Origin: an uncultured Candidatus Poseidoniales archaeon
GTDB taxonomy: Archaea; Thermoplasmatota; Poseidoniia; Poseidoniales; Poseidoniaceae
Length of the DNA stretch: 64,000 bases
Assembly: GCA_905181715.1 (NCBI GenBank)
Contig: CAJIYT010000004.1
Location: forward strand, 75,185 to 139,184
Direction of reading: 5' to 3'
Position 1 is the stretch's first letter; each line of letters starts with the position of its first letter. Made by a program: the position numbers and the translations under genes. Positions 1-10,700 of this stretch are shown in pieces. The notes under the pieces were generated by a model. That model was not told the origin of the DNA and ran no database searches. It saw only the letters and a list, made by a program, of their open reading frames with translations.

Positions 1-22
1 AACCAGTGAAGAATGGCGAACT

Positions 23-307
23 ATGTGGCACAATACCCATACTAACAAACCTGCTCCAGAAAACACTAGCCCTCTATTACAACGCCATACATGGGATGCA
101 AACGCATGGATAATAAGAGCGGAAATTGACGAACCAAAGACTTCTAAGAAATATTGGAAAAAGCACGATTGGCAAACAGAAGTACCACTTGGCACCCATC
201 TACTTCTTTCGGGATTAGTAACTACTATTGGTAATATGCCAGTTGACATTGGCTTCCCGGGTTGGATAGATGTCCCTGCCTGTAGAAAAGCTGGATTACT
301 CGATTGA
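23..307 (+). CDS. hypothetical protein; possibly the 3' end of a gene that begins upstream of the window
   Basis: 94-aa ORF. The same frame stays open back to nt 2, and it abuts the convergent gene ending at 308. I recognise no motif. Confidence 0.25.
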   Translation: MWHNTHTNKPAPENTSPLLQRHTWDANAWIIRAEIDEPKTSKKYWKKHDWQTEVPLGTHLLLSGLVTTIGNMPVDIGFPGWIDVPACRKAGLLD

Positions 308-2113
308 TTAAACGCGTCGCTTTAATTTCTCCATCAGACCATCTGCAGTAGCAAGATGCCCTAGTGTTTTTTCGGTTAACGATTCTTGATGTGCTTCGAG
401 TGCTAAAGCGACCTCTCGCTCGGCTGCAACCCTTTGCTCATCGCCTACACCAATCGATGATGCCTCGCATTGATTACGCAATATTTTCCATTCCTGTTGC
501 ACGTATTCTAGTAATTCAAGTGCATCCGCACTTGCCTTTCCTTCTGAATCAAGATCTGCGGATAAGCGCTCCAATAACGTAGCAGCATGGCTCCATTGTA
601 ATTCATCTACAGCTGACTCTATATCGTCAAATCTCTTCTGCCAGATGTTTTTATCAGCGCGATCTTGCCAACGTGTAACAAGATGCTTCTTCTGACGTAA
701 TGCTCTCCTAACATCATCCATAGCTTCTCGTTCGCTTAGAAGTTCTCTGAGAATTCCGTCTGCGAGTCCAGAAGCAAGTGAATAATTACCCTGAGCAAAT
801 GATTTTTCAGCCTGATCCAACCGTGAATTGAGGACTACTAGGTCAAGGCCCTCTGCTGCCTTCAGTTGCCTTGCTGCCTCGACGAGGCGCTCTTCTGCTT
901 GGTCTGTAGCGACATCTGCTCCTTCGAGTTGTATTGGAATTACTGTTGCGTATTCATAGGCTTTTTGTGGCTTTTCGGCAACCAGCTTTTCCTTGGCTTC
1001 TTGCAATAGATCGCGAAGGTTTTGCATTTCGGCTCCATCTCTACCAGAGAGAAGTCTCGAACCCTCTTCGATTGCGTTTTCGGCCAATCCCCACCAGCGA
1101 ATAACCTCACATGCCCGGCTCTTTGCCTGACGGAATAAGGACTCGCCTTCGCGCAAACTACCGAGGATTACCTCTCTTTCACCCATTTCATAGGCTTTAC
1201 GTGGTCGCTTGATTATTGGAGCGATACCTTCTGCCTTGACAATGTGTTGCAATGCATCTTCTTGGATTGCGCTAACATCATCTGCTAAAGACAATGAGCG
1301 TTCAATTTCCTCTTCGGCATGATCTAGCAGACTCATACCAAGGCCTAAATCACGATAACCTTCCTCATTTGCTGTCATTATGAGACTTGCAGCCTGATCT
1401 ACTGCTGCATCGATAGTCCTCAATTCCAGAATTCTATATTCTAATAAGTGTAACCGCTTTGCAAATTCCTTACGTAATTCCCGATTCTCATCAGCATTTA
1501 TCCACCCACGAATTATCATGGCTAAGACTAAAATAATCAACGCCCATTGTGCATAGATAATATTCTGAGAAATCCCGCCCATCAATGCGACTGAAATGGC
1601 GCACACTAGTCCTATTATGGCCATTACTGATTTGAAGCGAAGAACCTCTAAACCACCTATTAGTATTTGACTCTCCTCTCTTTTCAGGATAATTCCAGTG
1701 ATCATTATTAGGATACCACCTCCAATCTCAAGCATACTTCCGTTGGAATAGCGCATGCCCATCAATACTAGTGGTAGCCAAGCAATACCTGCAATTGAAC
1801 CGATTCTAGTTCTCGATTTCGATTCATTCATGCCGAGATCTTGAATGAACATCCCCCATGCTAGTACCAAGACTGCTAGACCTAGGCCACCTACCTTGGC
1901 AGAAGAGTTATCTGAAGATTCATTTAGACTAGGCCAGGCGAGAGCAATTGCTGCTACGATTAAGATTAGAGCACAAAATGCGGATAATTTCTCGATCCGC
2001 ATTTGAATAGTAGCCGACTCGCGGGCCAGTGCAGATTCGACTGATTGTACCTCCTCCATGAACAGACCACTTCCTTCATTGATTTCAAAAGAGAGGTTTA
2101 TTCCTCTGCCCAA
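308..2113 (-). CDS. polytopic membrane protein (~6 TM, aa ~43-203) with a ~390-aa alpha-helical/coiled-coil cytoplasmic C-terminal domain
   Basis: 601-aa ORF. Hydrophobic segments fill the N-terminal third. The rest is rich in E/A/L/R with repeated helical units. Its start overlaps the 3' end of the upstream surface-protein gene by 29 nt, which suggests an operon. Confidence 0.6.
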   Translation of the reverse strand: MGRGINLSFEINEGSGLFMEEVQSVESALARESATIQMRIEKLSAFCALILIVAAIALAWPSLNESSDNSSAKVGGLGLAVLVLAWGMFIQDLGMNESKSRTRIGSIAGIAWLPLVLMGMRYSNGSMLEIGGGILIMITGIILKREESQILIGGLEVLRFKSVMAIIGLVCAISVALMGGISQNIIYAQWALIILVLAMIIRGWINADENRELRKEFAKRLHLLEYRILELRTIDAAVDQAASLIMTANEEGYRDLGLGMSLLDHAEEEIERSLSLADDVSAIQEDALQHIVKAEGIAPIIKRPRKAYEMGEREVILGSLREGESLFRQAKSRACEVIRWWGLAENAIEEGSRLLSGRDGAEMQNLRDLLQEAKEKLVAEKPQKAYEYATVIPIQLEGADVATDQAEERLVEAARQLKAAEGLDLVVLNSRLDQAEKSFAQGNYSLASGLADGILRELLSEREAMDDVRRALRQKKHLVTRWQDRADKNIWQKRFDDIESAVDELQWSHAATLLERLSADLDSEGKASADALELLEYVQQEWKILRNQCEASSIGVGDEQRVAAEREVALALEAHQESLTEKTLGHLATADGLMEKLKRRV

Positions 2114-4679
2114 TAAACCATATCCCCACTGCTAAGGCTATGATGATCATCACCAGTTCCAACCCCCCAATTCCAGAACCACTAGCCATTTGTGTTGGAT
2201 GATAGATAGTTGCCTCATTACCTGAATCATCTGACCAAGATAGCTCCAATTCGACACTTTCCCACCAGCCCAATTCAATATCCAATATCACTTCCGAAGT
2301 AGTAGGACCTGCAAAAGTTGCACCTTCGATTGCACTTTGAACACAACGTTCAGCTTGACAAACCATGAAGATAGCAGGAGAACCAAGCCCGTTTTCAACT
2401 GTGATGTATAGGCGATTGATTCCCACCTCTAAATCAGCATTACCTGCAATCATACTGATTGACAATTGACTACCATTGATGGGGTTGACTGGTATTTCGA
2501 TATATTTACTCGCTAGATTGCCACTGCTATCGCTTACAATTACTACAAAAGTATGTATCCCTGGCGATAATAATGGGAAGGAATAATTATTGATTTCATC
2601 CCATGAAAGACTATATCGCCCAAATTCATCACTATATAGCACAAAATTGAGTTCTGTTATGGCATCATAGTCGTCAAAACTATGATCGAGATTAAGTCGG
2701 ATGTCATCACCAAAAGTAAATTCATCTCCCTCTATCCATGTTCCGTTGATATTTACTTCCAATATAGGAATCAGTATAGGTCCTGAACTGTCAATTAATT
2801 CAACTGTCCAATTAGCATTACTGACATGTCCTGCATCGTCTATTACCTCAACTTCGAGAGAATAATGAACTGGTTGGCGTTGTAAATGCCTCTGCTCGAT
2901 AGTATCGGTTGCAGAATTTAAGGTAGAGTCAACAAAGAACGATGTGCTAAGAAATTGCCCTGAATATGTCCAATTCAAGGTCTTATTACTAGTCCATGTC
3001 ACCTCAAGATTCTCATCATGGTCATCACTTGTATTCAACATCCATTCGAATATGCTATCTGGTGAATGCAAGATCAAGTCTGAAGTCTCATGAATAATAG
3101 GTGCTTCATCATCGAGTAAAAACTCACCTTGCCATTGGCCAATCAATCCTCCATCATCACTACAAATCAATTCAACTGATAGATTAGTATCAGCTGGAAA
3201 TTGTGAAAGATTTACGCTAATATTGCTTCCAAGGCCACCAATATCCCATTCACAATCATGTGATGAGAGAGGTGAATCGCTAATCTGTGCAATGAATTCA
3301 TGATTGGCCTCATGGGCGAGGACAGCGTTATCGACAGAGACAATCGGTGCTTGATTTTGACCGATGGTTATGGTTAATTCTCCTGCGATTGAGGCCTGAT
3401 CTCTTTGAATTACAAAATTCTCTGGGCTTCCGTTAAACCATTCTAAGGCAGAAGAAGAGAGGTGTTGCCAGCCCTCGGGAAGTATTACTCTAAGAGGGGT
3501 TTGTTGCCTGATATCGTCTGACAATACAATCCCTAATCGAATAAGTGAGATATGGCGTCTTTGACCAGATAAGTCCGCACTTTCATTCCAGCCCCAATAG
3601 CCGCTATCAAAATCGATCTTTGATTCGATTGTCAGATTATCGATGCTAAAAGGTTGAAGGTCCCATGTACAACACAATAAATTGATTGAATCCCGATAGG
3701 TCATTCCTTCAATAATATCTTCCAAAGCGCTGATATCATTGACAAACCAACGTTCGATTTGACTCTCGATACCCGCTGCCATTCCAGGTGCTAATGGAAC
3801 TCCTACACTGAGATCAAAACTGTGATTCGCTTGCCATGAAGCAGTCGTTTGACTATTTGATGCCATTCCACTGACAATCTCCAATACAGCACTACCATTC
3901 GACATATCTGAGACCATTTGTTCTTCTAACCATGAATCCGTTGGCGGCCAAATACTTTCACCTACGCCGATTGCACTTTTTGTTACTCGTGCAGACCAGC
4001 CCCCGCCTTCTGTACCAATAGTGAAATTCAATGGTTCATCGACTTCTATTACGTCACCACTTGCTGAATGAACAAGACGCAAACCATTTGACTCACCCCA
4101 CTCTGGTGGAATTGTCAGATTGAAAACTGTTGATTCATTTGCGATTGGTAAAATTGATTCAGAGGTGCGATAGACATGCCCCCCGTTACCGCTGACAATC
4201 AAACCTAGGCCGCTGGGTGCCCTCACTGCTGTGGAACCATTTACCGCGATAATACTCGACCAAAGTGTCCCATTTGCCGTTATTTCTACCTCACCGATTC
4301 CACTCAATGAAAATAAATCATCAATCAGTGGATGTGCGTCGATTATAACTGTGCTGCTACCACTGGATGGAATAGTAATAGGCATCTGCCAATCAACTGC
4401 ATAATCTACACAATGAGCCGTTATTGAATAAGTCCGTTCTCGTTCGATATCGAAAGAAGAAGAGCTGTCGGCACTAGAAATTGAAGTTCTGATTAATGCT
4501 TGCGACCAAGCATCACGAATTTCAATATCACAACCGCCGAGTGAGGAATTAAATTGATTTTTAATCCCAACCTGTAGTGGTGAAGCACCGTCCGCAGAGA
4601 CATCTACTAAAGCCATTGAGAGCACAAGAACTGACAGGATTAGTGCTCTGCGCATGTCTCCTGCTCTCATCAATACCAC
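2085..4679 (-). CDS. secreted, C-terminally membrane-anchored surface (glyco)protein
   Basis: 864-aa ORF with an N-terminal signal-peptide-like segment (MRRALILSVLVLSMALVDVSADG). The true start is probably the ATG at 4670 or 4655. There is a C-terminal TM (LELVMIIIALAVGIWFIG) with a short basic tail. I counted about 20 N-x-S/T sequons by hand. Confidence 0.65.
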   Translation of the reverse strand: MVLMRAGDMRRALILSVLVLSMALVDVSADGASPLQVGIKNQFNSSLGGCDIEIRDAWSQALIRTSISSADSSSSFDIERERTYSITAHCVDYAVDWQMPITIPSSGSSTVIIDAHPLIDDLFSLSGIGEVEITANGTLWSSIIAVNGSTAVRAPSGLGLIVSGNGGHVYRTSESILPIANESTVFNLTIPPEWGESNGLRLVHSASGDVIEVDEPLNFTIGTEGGGWSARVTKSAIGVGESIWPPTDSWLEEQMVSDMSNGSAVLEIVSGMASNSQTTASWQANHSFDLSVGVPLAPGMAAGIESQIERWFVNDISALEDIIEGMTYRDSINLLCCTWDLQPFSIDNLTIESKIDFDSGYWGWNESADLSGQRRHISLIRLGIVLSDDIRQQTPLRVILPEGWQHLSSSALEWFNGSPENFVIQRDQASIAGELTITIGQNQAPIVSVDNAVLAHEANHEFIAQISDSPLSSHDCEWDIGGLGSNISVNLSQFPADTNLSVELICSDDGGLIGQWQGEFLLDDEAPIIHETSDLILHSPDSIFEWMLNTSDDHDENLEVTWTSNKTLNWTYSGQFLSTSFFVDSTLNSATDTIEQRHLQRQPVHYSLEVEVIDDAGHVSNANWTVELIDSSGPILIPILEVNINGTWIEGDEFTFGDDIRLNLDHSFDDYDAITELNFVLYSDEFGRYSLSWDEINNYSFPLLSPGIHTFVVIVSDSSGNLASKYIEIPVNPINGSQLSISMIAGNADLEVGINRLYITVENGLGSPAIFMVCQAERCVQSAIEGATFAGPTTSEVILDIELGWWESVELELSWSDDSGNEATIYHPTQMASGSGIGGLELVMIIIALAVGIWFIGQRNKPLF

Positions 4680-4748
4680 ATCAATGGCATGGCCAATTGT
4701 GTGGCAATGTTCAAGTCCGTCTTCGGGACAAGCCTGTGAAGGGGAAGA

Positions 4749-5705
4749 GTGATGCCGGGCCTAATTACAATGGATGACCTGACCAATGAAGAGATAATCT
4801 CGATACTCGATGATGCCGAAAGATTGCTACCAATTGCCTATGGCGAAAGATATTTGCCACTTCTACGTGGCCGTATTTTGGGTAATCTCTTCTTTGAGCC
4901 AAGCACTAGAACAAGAATGTCTTTTGAAACGGCGATGAAGCGATTAGGTGGCGATGTAATCAACCTCGGCGATGTCAAAAACAGTTCTGTGGTCAAGGGT
5001 GAGACTCTTTACGATACAATTCAGATGATCGATGGCTATTCCGATATCATCGCTATGCGTCATCCTCGTCAAGGAGCAGCCCAATACGCTGCAGATGCCT
5101 GTAAAGTACCAATTCTCAACGGTGGCGATGGAGCTGGACATCATCCAACTCAAACCATGCTAGATTTATTCACCATTCGCCAAGCACATGGTAAACTAGA
5201 GAATCTGAGGGTCGTATTGGCTGGAGATTTGCGCTATGGTAGAACTGCTCATTCACTTTCTCATGCTCTGGTTAGATTTGGCTGTAAAGTTATTTTTGCT
5301 AGTCCGAAATCATTGAGCATGCCTACTGAGATTATCGCCGATATCGTCAGACAAGGAGGAGATGTCGAAGAAACCGAGGATTTACTCTCTGAAATAAACC
5401 AAGCAGATGTAATCTATATGACGCGTATACAAAAGGAGAGATTCCCCGACGAGGATGAATATCTCAAGGTTGCTGATGCATACAAACTCCATGCTAGGGA
5501 CCTCGATGACGCAAAATCAGAGATGATTATCATGCATCCTCTTCCACGTGTTGAGGAGATACACCCCAGTGTTGACGAGACTCGTTACGCCCGTTACTTC
5601 CAACAAGCATTTAACGGCGTAGTCACTCGAATGTCGCTGATGTGTTGGCTATTGGGAGTCGGTGTTCCTGGTGATGTTATCGCAGCCTCGGAGGTGATTG
5701 CATGA
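4749..5705 (+). CDS. pyrB: aspartate carbamoyltransferase catalytic subunit
   Basis: 318 aa. Carries the carbamoyl-phosphate signature FFEPSTRTRMSFE plus HPTQ and HPLPR motifs. Overlaps pyrI by 4 nt. Confidence 0.95.
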   Translation: MMPGLITMDDLTNEEIISILDDAERLLPIAYGERYLPLLRGRILGNLFFEPSTRTRMSFETAMKRLGGDVINLGDVKNSSVVKGETLYDTIQMIDGYSDIIAMRHPRQGAAQYAADACKVPILNGGDGAGHHPTQTMLDLFTIRQAHGKLENLRVVLAGDLRYGRTAHSLSHALVRFGCKVIFASPKSLSMPTEIIADIVRQGGDVEETEDLLSEINQADVIYMTRIQKERFPDEDEYLKVADAYKLHARDLDDAKSEMIIMHPLPRVEEIHPSVDETRYARYFQQAFNGVVTRMSLMCWLLGVGVPGDVIAASEVIA

Positions 5706-6181
5706 GCGTAAACGAGCAGAGTATGCGCAGAGTTACTGCTATCCGTAACGGCACTGTCATCGATCACGTTCCTGGAGGAATGTCACTAACCGTGCTCAAG
5801 ATGCTTGGAATAGGTGGAGTAATGTCCAATCCGGTCTCATTGTTGATGAATGTGCCAAGCAAGAAACTAGTTTCTAAGGATATAATCAAAGTTGAAGATA
5901 GAGAATTGAATCAAAACGAATTGGATCGTCTTGCCTTGGTTGCTCCTGAGGCATCGGTTTCGATTATCAGAGCTTATTCTGTGGCTGAGAAATTAACCAT
6001 TAACTTGAGTGATGAAATGGTTAATGTTGCACGTTGTGCTTTTTCGAATTGTATTACATCCAATAGTAGAGAGCCTCTACCACACCGCTTACTGATTATG
6101 GGAAGAGACCCTCTCGAGATAAGATGTCATTATTGTGGGAAGTTACAGGAAATCAACGATCTTGTCGAGCGCCTAATTTGA
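5702..6181 (+). CDS. pyrI: aspartate carbamoyltransferase regulatory subunit
   Basis: 159 aa. N-terminal AIRNGTVIDH motif and a C-terminal four-Cys zinc site (CAFSNC ... CHYC). Translationally coupled to pyrB. Confidence 0.9.
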   Translation: MSVNEQSMRRVTAIRNGTVIDHVPGGMSLTVLKMLGIGGVMSNPVSLLMNVPSKKLVSKDIIKVEDRELNQNELDRLALVAPEASVSIIRAYSVAEKLTINLSDEMVNVARCAFSNCITSNSREPLPHRLLIMGRDPLEIRCHYCGKLQEINDLVERLI

Positions 6182-7198
6182 AGTTAATCCCAGTGTATCT
6201 TTCATTTCACAGGATTTACAGATACTCATACTGCTCATTTCGCCACATCTGTCACAAGGCATTGGATCGCTGATTGGGAATGCGGTTTCACCGCGGTGCA
6301 ATGCCTTAACCCCATCTGCAAAACGCAGGAGGCTATGTCTCGTGCCTGGTATATCCGCTTCCATTCTAGCAATATTTTCACGATGCCTAAAGCGTAAAGC
6401 AACACCTCCATGGGGGCACTCCTCATGATGAATTGGCAGATTTTTGAATAGAGCGAGTAAATGAATTTCCTGTTCCGGTATCCAACGCAATGGGACGATT
6501 CGGGGTATCATTCCATCTTTGGGGCGGCCGGTATGAGGTGCCAAACGCAAAGTCCTCTCAACCTCGCCATTTTGTACGTTCATCAAGATTGTTTGCGCCA
6601 TGTCATCGAGATTATGTCCGAGTGCAATCACTTCTGCCCCGATTCTTTTAGCGAGATGATTTATCCCTTGACGCCTAAATACGCCACAATAAGAACACGG
6701 AGATTTTTTCTCTCCGATCTCACCCATAGTAACAACCACTTTGTCCATTTCCTCAAAACCGAGTTCCGGATAACTGACGGTTACAAATTCAATTCCAAGA
6801 TCGATACACAATTGGCGTGCACATTCCATTGAAGGAGAGCGATAACCTGCAATTCCCTCATCGACGCAACCCCCAACCAGCCTCACATGGGGGATTTTGC
6901 CTATTGAATCATACAAACTATTGAGCAATACCGCTGAATCCTTACCTCCGGATATCGCCACTAGAATTGTGAATTGATCAACCTTAGGAATATGTAGTTG
7001 CTCTCGTAGAGATCGATTGAATTTCTTGCGCATACTATCCTCTAGATGTATACCACACAAACTCCTACCACTGTAAGCCTGATGAACAAGAGCATCACGT
7101 GGACATTTGCAGCATCGAGGGATTACGATACTGCCGGCCATAACCGTGCCAAGTGATTGGCGATAAGATACCTCTGGTGTGGTTTTTTCTAATTGCAA
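6173..7198 (-). CDS. PP-loop ATPase, tRNA 2-thiolation enzyme of the TtuA/NcsA (Ncs6) family
   Basis: 341 aa. PP-loop SGGKDS, GHNLDD, a central CSYCG motif, and Cys pairs at both ends (CCKC...CGIH; CDRC...CKSC). Its 3' end overlaps pyrI convergently by 9 nt. Confidence 0.8.
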   Translation of the reverse strand: MQLEKTTPEVSYRQSLGTVMAGSIVIPRCCKCPRDALVHQAYSGRSLCGIHLEDSMRKKFNRSLREQLHIPKVDQFTILVAISGGKDSAVLLNSLYDSIGKIPHVRLVGGCVDEGIAGYRSPSMECARQLCIDLGIEFVTVSYPELGFEEMDKVVVTMGEIGEKKSPCSYCGVFRRQGINHLAKRIGAEVIALGHNLDDMAQTILMNVQNGEVERTLRLAPHTGRPKDGMIPRIVPLRWIPEQEIHLLALFKNLPIHHEECPHGGVALRFRHRENIARMEADIPGTRHSLLRFADGVKALHRGETAFPISDPMPCDRCGEMSSMSICKSCEMKDTLGLTSN

Positions 7199-7351
7199 TA
7201 ATCAAAAGTTCAATTGGCAAATTCACTAGCGGAGGTGCCGCTGATGTAAATTGTAGTCCAGTTGGCCATTTGAAATCGCCCCTCAAATCACCCTACAAGC
7301 GATGATAGAACCCAAACTTCTTGAAGCCGGTTGCGCCCTGCCAAGTCTTGA

Positions 7352-7693
7352 GTGGCGATGTTGCATAGGGTCCTCACTGGTTTTTGCTCACTACCCGGCG
7401 TTGAGCAAGCATTCCTTTTCGACAATCTAGGTTGCTTGGTTGCATCGGTGGGTAATGCTGGTGAAATACCGTCAGCAGATGCTGCAGATAGTTTAGTAAA
7501 AAGTTGTCAAATGGTGACTGAGGCTGCATCTGCAGGCACACTTGAAGAGATCTGGTGCGAAGGAAGTAAGAGGATGATAATCGATAGGATTCGAAGTGAT
7601 TTGGTCCTAGTATTGGAAGGAGAAGGTGGCCAGTTAGCTCGTTGGCGCCATAGTATCGATAGAGATAGAGCCCTAATCGCAGAAATCGCATGA
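7352..7693 (+). CDS. Roadblock/LC7 (MglB-like) domain protein
   Basis: 113 aa. The pattern LPGVEQAFLFDNLGCLVASVG ... LEEIWCEGSKRMIIDRI..DLVLVLEG matches the alpha-beta-alpha Roadblock signature as I remember it. The next gene starts 10 nt downstream. Confidence 0.6.
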   Translation: MAMLHRVLTGFCSLPGVEQAFLFDNLGCLVASVGNAGEIPSADAADSLVKSCQMVTEAASAGTLEEIWCEGSKRMIIDRIRSDLVLVLEGEGGQLARWRHSIDRDRALIAEIA

Positions 7694-7702
7694 GGTGAGA
7701 AG

Positions 7703-10700
7703 ATGTTTGACCTACCATTTGGAATACCCGTCAAGGAAGAAATCAACCCCCAATCAGATACAATAATGCCATTTGACCATGGTGTAATCACAACATTCCT
7801 TGGCCGTAGGAAAACCCCTACGGGTCACCGCCTAGTTCGTTCTGGGCGCATAATCGGCTGGCTGGCTGAAGCAGAGAAGGGGAAATTCCTCCTGTGTGCT
7901 GATGAAGCACGTCTGCGTTTAGAGAAAATTGAGAGCGAACAACATCGCTTAATCGCTAAAAGTTGGACTCTACAAGGGCTGGGTTTGGTTGCAGAACTAG
8001 TTCCAGAAGCATTTGAACACGCTGCCGATAAGCAGGGCTTAACTGCAAGTGGAGATGTATTAGAGAGGTTACTTTCACGTGATATTTCGATGATTCTGGA
8101 ATTGCTTTCACAGAGAGACGAGGTACGCGGTGCACTTGCTGCCGACCAAGGGATGTTGGTTGATTCAACAGGAGAATTACCAGGAGATGGCGATGAACTT
8201 GCCACTCAAATCGGTAAAACACTGGCTGATAGGGCTGCAATGGCTGCCAATCTTGGTATTGGAGAAGCAGGCCATTGGACATTACACACTGAAGAATCTT
8301 CATTGCTTCTCGCTGAAGCAGGAGATTTAGCACTTGCAGTCTGGACTGAGGCCGCTGTCGATCATTCTCGCCTTATCAATGCGGTTTCGGCACTATTAGA
8401 TGGAAAGATTGGAGCCCTAAGTGCTAATGATGGCCTTCTTCCATTAGGATTTGTACTACGTGAAGGGAAAAGTGGCACTGATGCCGTTCTCTCTATGCTA
8501 GCAGATGCCTGTAAAGAGGAAGTCACTGGGCATTTGATGTCTGGTAAGAGCGAAAAAGCAACTCAATTAGCATTGGTAAGAGGAGTTCCTGTTGCCATTC
8601 GCGCAGCCCCTGGCCATAGTCTGAACGATGCACTTGACGACCTTACTGAACCGCGCAGGGTTCTCGAGTTGCATCGGCTTCCACTCGGTACAATACTATC
8701 TGCTGAATCCGGTAACGTTTCGGGATTCACCTTACAATCATTCTGTGAGGGACTAAGCACTATCCGTACTAGAACCGAATCACGCCAAGAACTAATCAGG
8801 AGAAAATTAGACACTATACTTGGCTTTGAAATCGGTATTGAGAAACTGAAAATGGACCGAGCAAATGTTCAATTCGATATTGAAGTCAGCGCGATTAGCA
8901 GTGGAATCGATGCTGAGACAGTGATGGCAATCGATAGTGGCCTCCGTAGATCTGTTGAAAAGGCAGAACACAAGGTTTCTAACTTAGAGCAGGAGATTTC
9001 TGCTCTTAATGTCAAACTCACAGGTGCTGAAAAAGCAAGATTAGCGGCAAAGGTATCGGCAGATGAAGCCAATAATCAAAGCGCTGAATTACAACAAACA
9101 GTCGAGTTTGCTAATTCTAAACTCGACACTACTCAAATTGATTTATCAGAAGCGAAGGCGATAAGTGAAGACTCAGCAGCCAGGGCAGAAAGGCTTTCGA
9201 AAAGGGTCAATGAATTGGAGCACCAACTATCAACAAGGGCGGTTGAATTAGCACGTGTTCTCGGCGACGCTAAAGCAAGTGCGGAATTAGCAATACAAAT
9301 CGAAGAGATGGCTACCAAAGAAGCAACCCTTTCGGCAGACATTGACACATTCTCGTCTCGATTGACAGAAATGCGAGATTTGGGCGATAATGAAGAACGA
9401 AGACTTCGGATGTTAAACGACCAAGTTGAAGCATCGAGAGATCGGCAAAGAAGAGCACAAGCTGAACTAATCGAACTCGAGACACGAATCAATTCTAGTG
9501 ACCTACATCTAAAGAGTTTGGAAGCGGAATCGAGAATAGCCGTCGATAGGGCAGAGGATAGTCGCAGTCGTATTTCACAAGACGAAAGTCGCAGAGATAA
9601 TCTAAACTCAGAATTACGAGAATTAATGGATGAGAGGCGTAATGTATTACGCGAAATTGGAGATTTAGGGGCGCGGCGAGGTCAGGCTGAAGCCAAATTA
9701 TCTGTTCTTATCGACCAAGCAGAAGCACTGGCTGATGCCCATGAAGACGCTCTTGAAGATATCAATGAAGCCGAAAAGATACGAGCGAGACTTTCCGAAG
9801 AACCTCTGGCACAAGCCTTGCTTGATGACGAAGGTACCTTTGAAGCACTCGGTCCAATCCTAGATCGACTTGAACATGCGAGGACCCTCGGCTATTCCGT
9901 CTCTTTACTCGACCGCGCTGTCGAGAGATCGCTACAGGTCATTCAGCAAACAGTAGACCATGTGGCTAAAACACCACGTCATCTTCTCTCAAATGAGGTG
10001 ATGGATTTACTTGAGCGTCAAGTTCCAACAACTGCAGGAGCAGTTAGGGGATTAGCGAGATGGAGTGTCCAGCAGAAACTCGAACATCAGCTCGGTGATA
10101 CCGTCAATCACTTGATATTGGATTTGGAGAACTTATTGGAAGATCACGACAGAGCAATCACAATGTTGCGTCGAATCAGAGGTGTACTAGAGCAATTGGA
10201 AGGATTGGGAGCACCTAGCGAACAAATCGAGGCTTTGAAAGCCAATTGTCGAAGGCCGGAATCGCTACCCCATTTGGCTAAGGAAACGAGAAAGCTAATC
10301 CGAATCGCTCTTGATGACATTCATCTTGAAAGTGATTTACGTGATGCTGGTTCAGCGGTAAAACTCGAGGCAACCACTCTTGCCCTCGAGGAATTGATTA
10401 CCCAACTAGATGCCACCGGCCTTACAGAAGGTGTTCCAAAGGGAGCGCTTTGGGACTTCCAAAGGGATGGCCATCTTCCCTTTGAAACCGGTTCGGTTCC
10501 AGCCGGAAAGAGATTGGCTGTTTCAGAGGATTCACTAGAGGAAATGGATGGTGAGTTAATCGATCAAGAAGCGGCGATTCAAATCGAGGATGAAGATATT
10601 CCAGTTGAATGGGTCGCACTTGAAGCCCCGGTCGATGTCGATGAGCCTAAAATAGAATTTACGGCGACTCCCACTCCACTAAGAAACAGTGATCACGATG

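Noticed and set aside
7199-7351. C/D-box sRNA-like strings (TGATGT, GATGATA) in the divergent intergenic region between the TtuA-like and Roadblock genes
   Set aside because: I found no properly spaced C (RUGAUGA) / D (CUGA) box pair with terminal complementarity. The region is more plausibly just two divergent promoters.
8447-8473. Possible Walker-A-like string GFVLREGKS in the 1043-aa protein, considered as a hidden GTPase/ATPase P-loop
   Set aside because: The spacing is G-x5-GKS rather than G-x4-GK[ST]. There is no Walker B or G3/G4 motif downstream. It fits better as part of a PATAN-like beta-strand region.
7374-9492. Minus-strand ORFs overlapping the Roadblock gene and the 1043-aa gene (7374-7718, 7507-7791, 7825-8205, 7956-8333, 8563-8814, 8869-9072, 9133-9492)
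   Set aside because: These are antisense shadow ORFs of a long plus-strand gene with a GA-rich coding strand. The translations are Ser/Arg/Leu-rich and carry no motifs.
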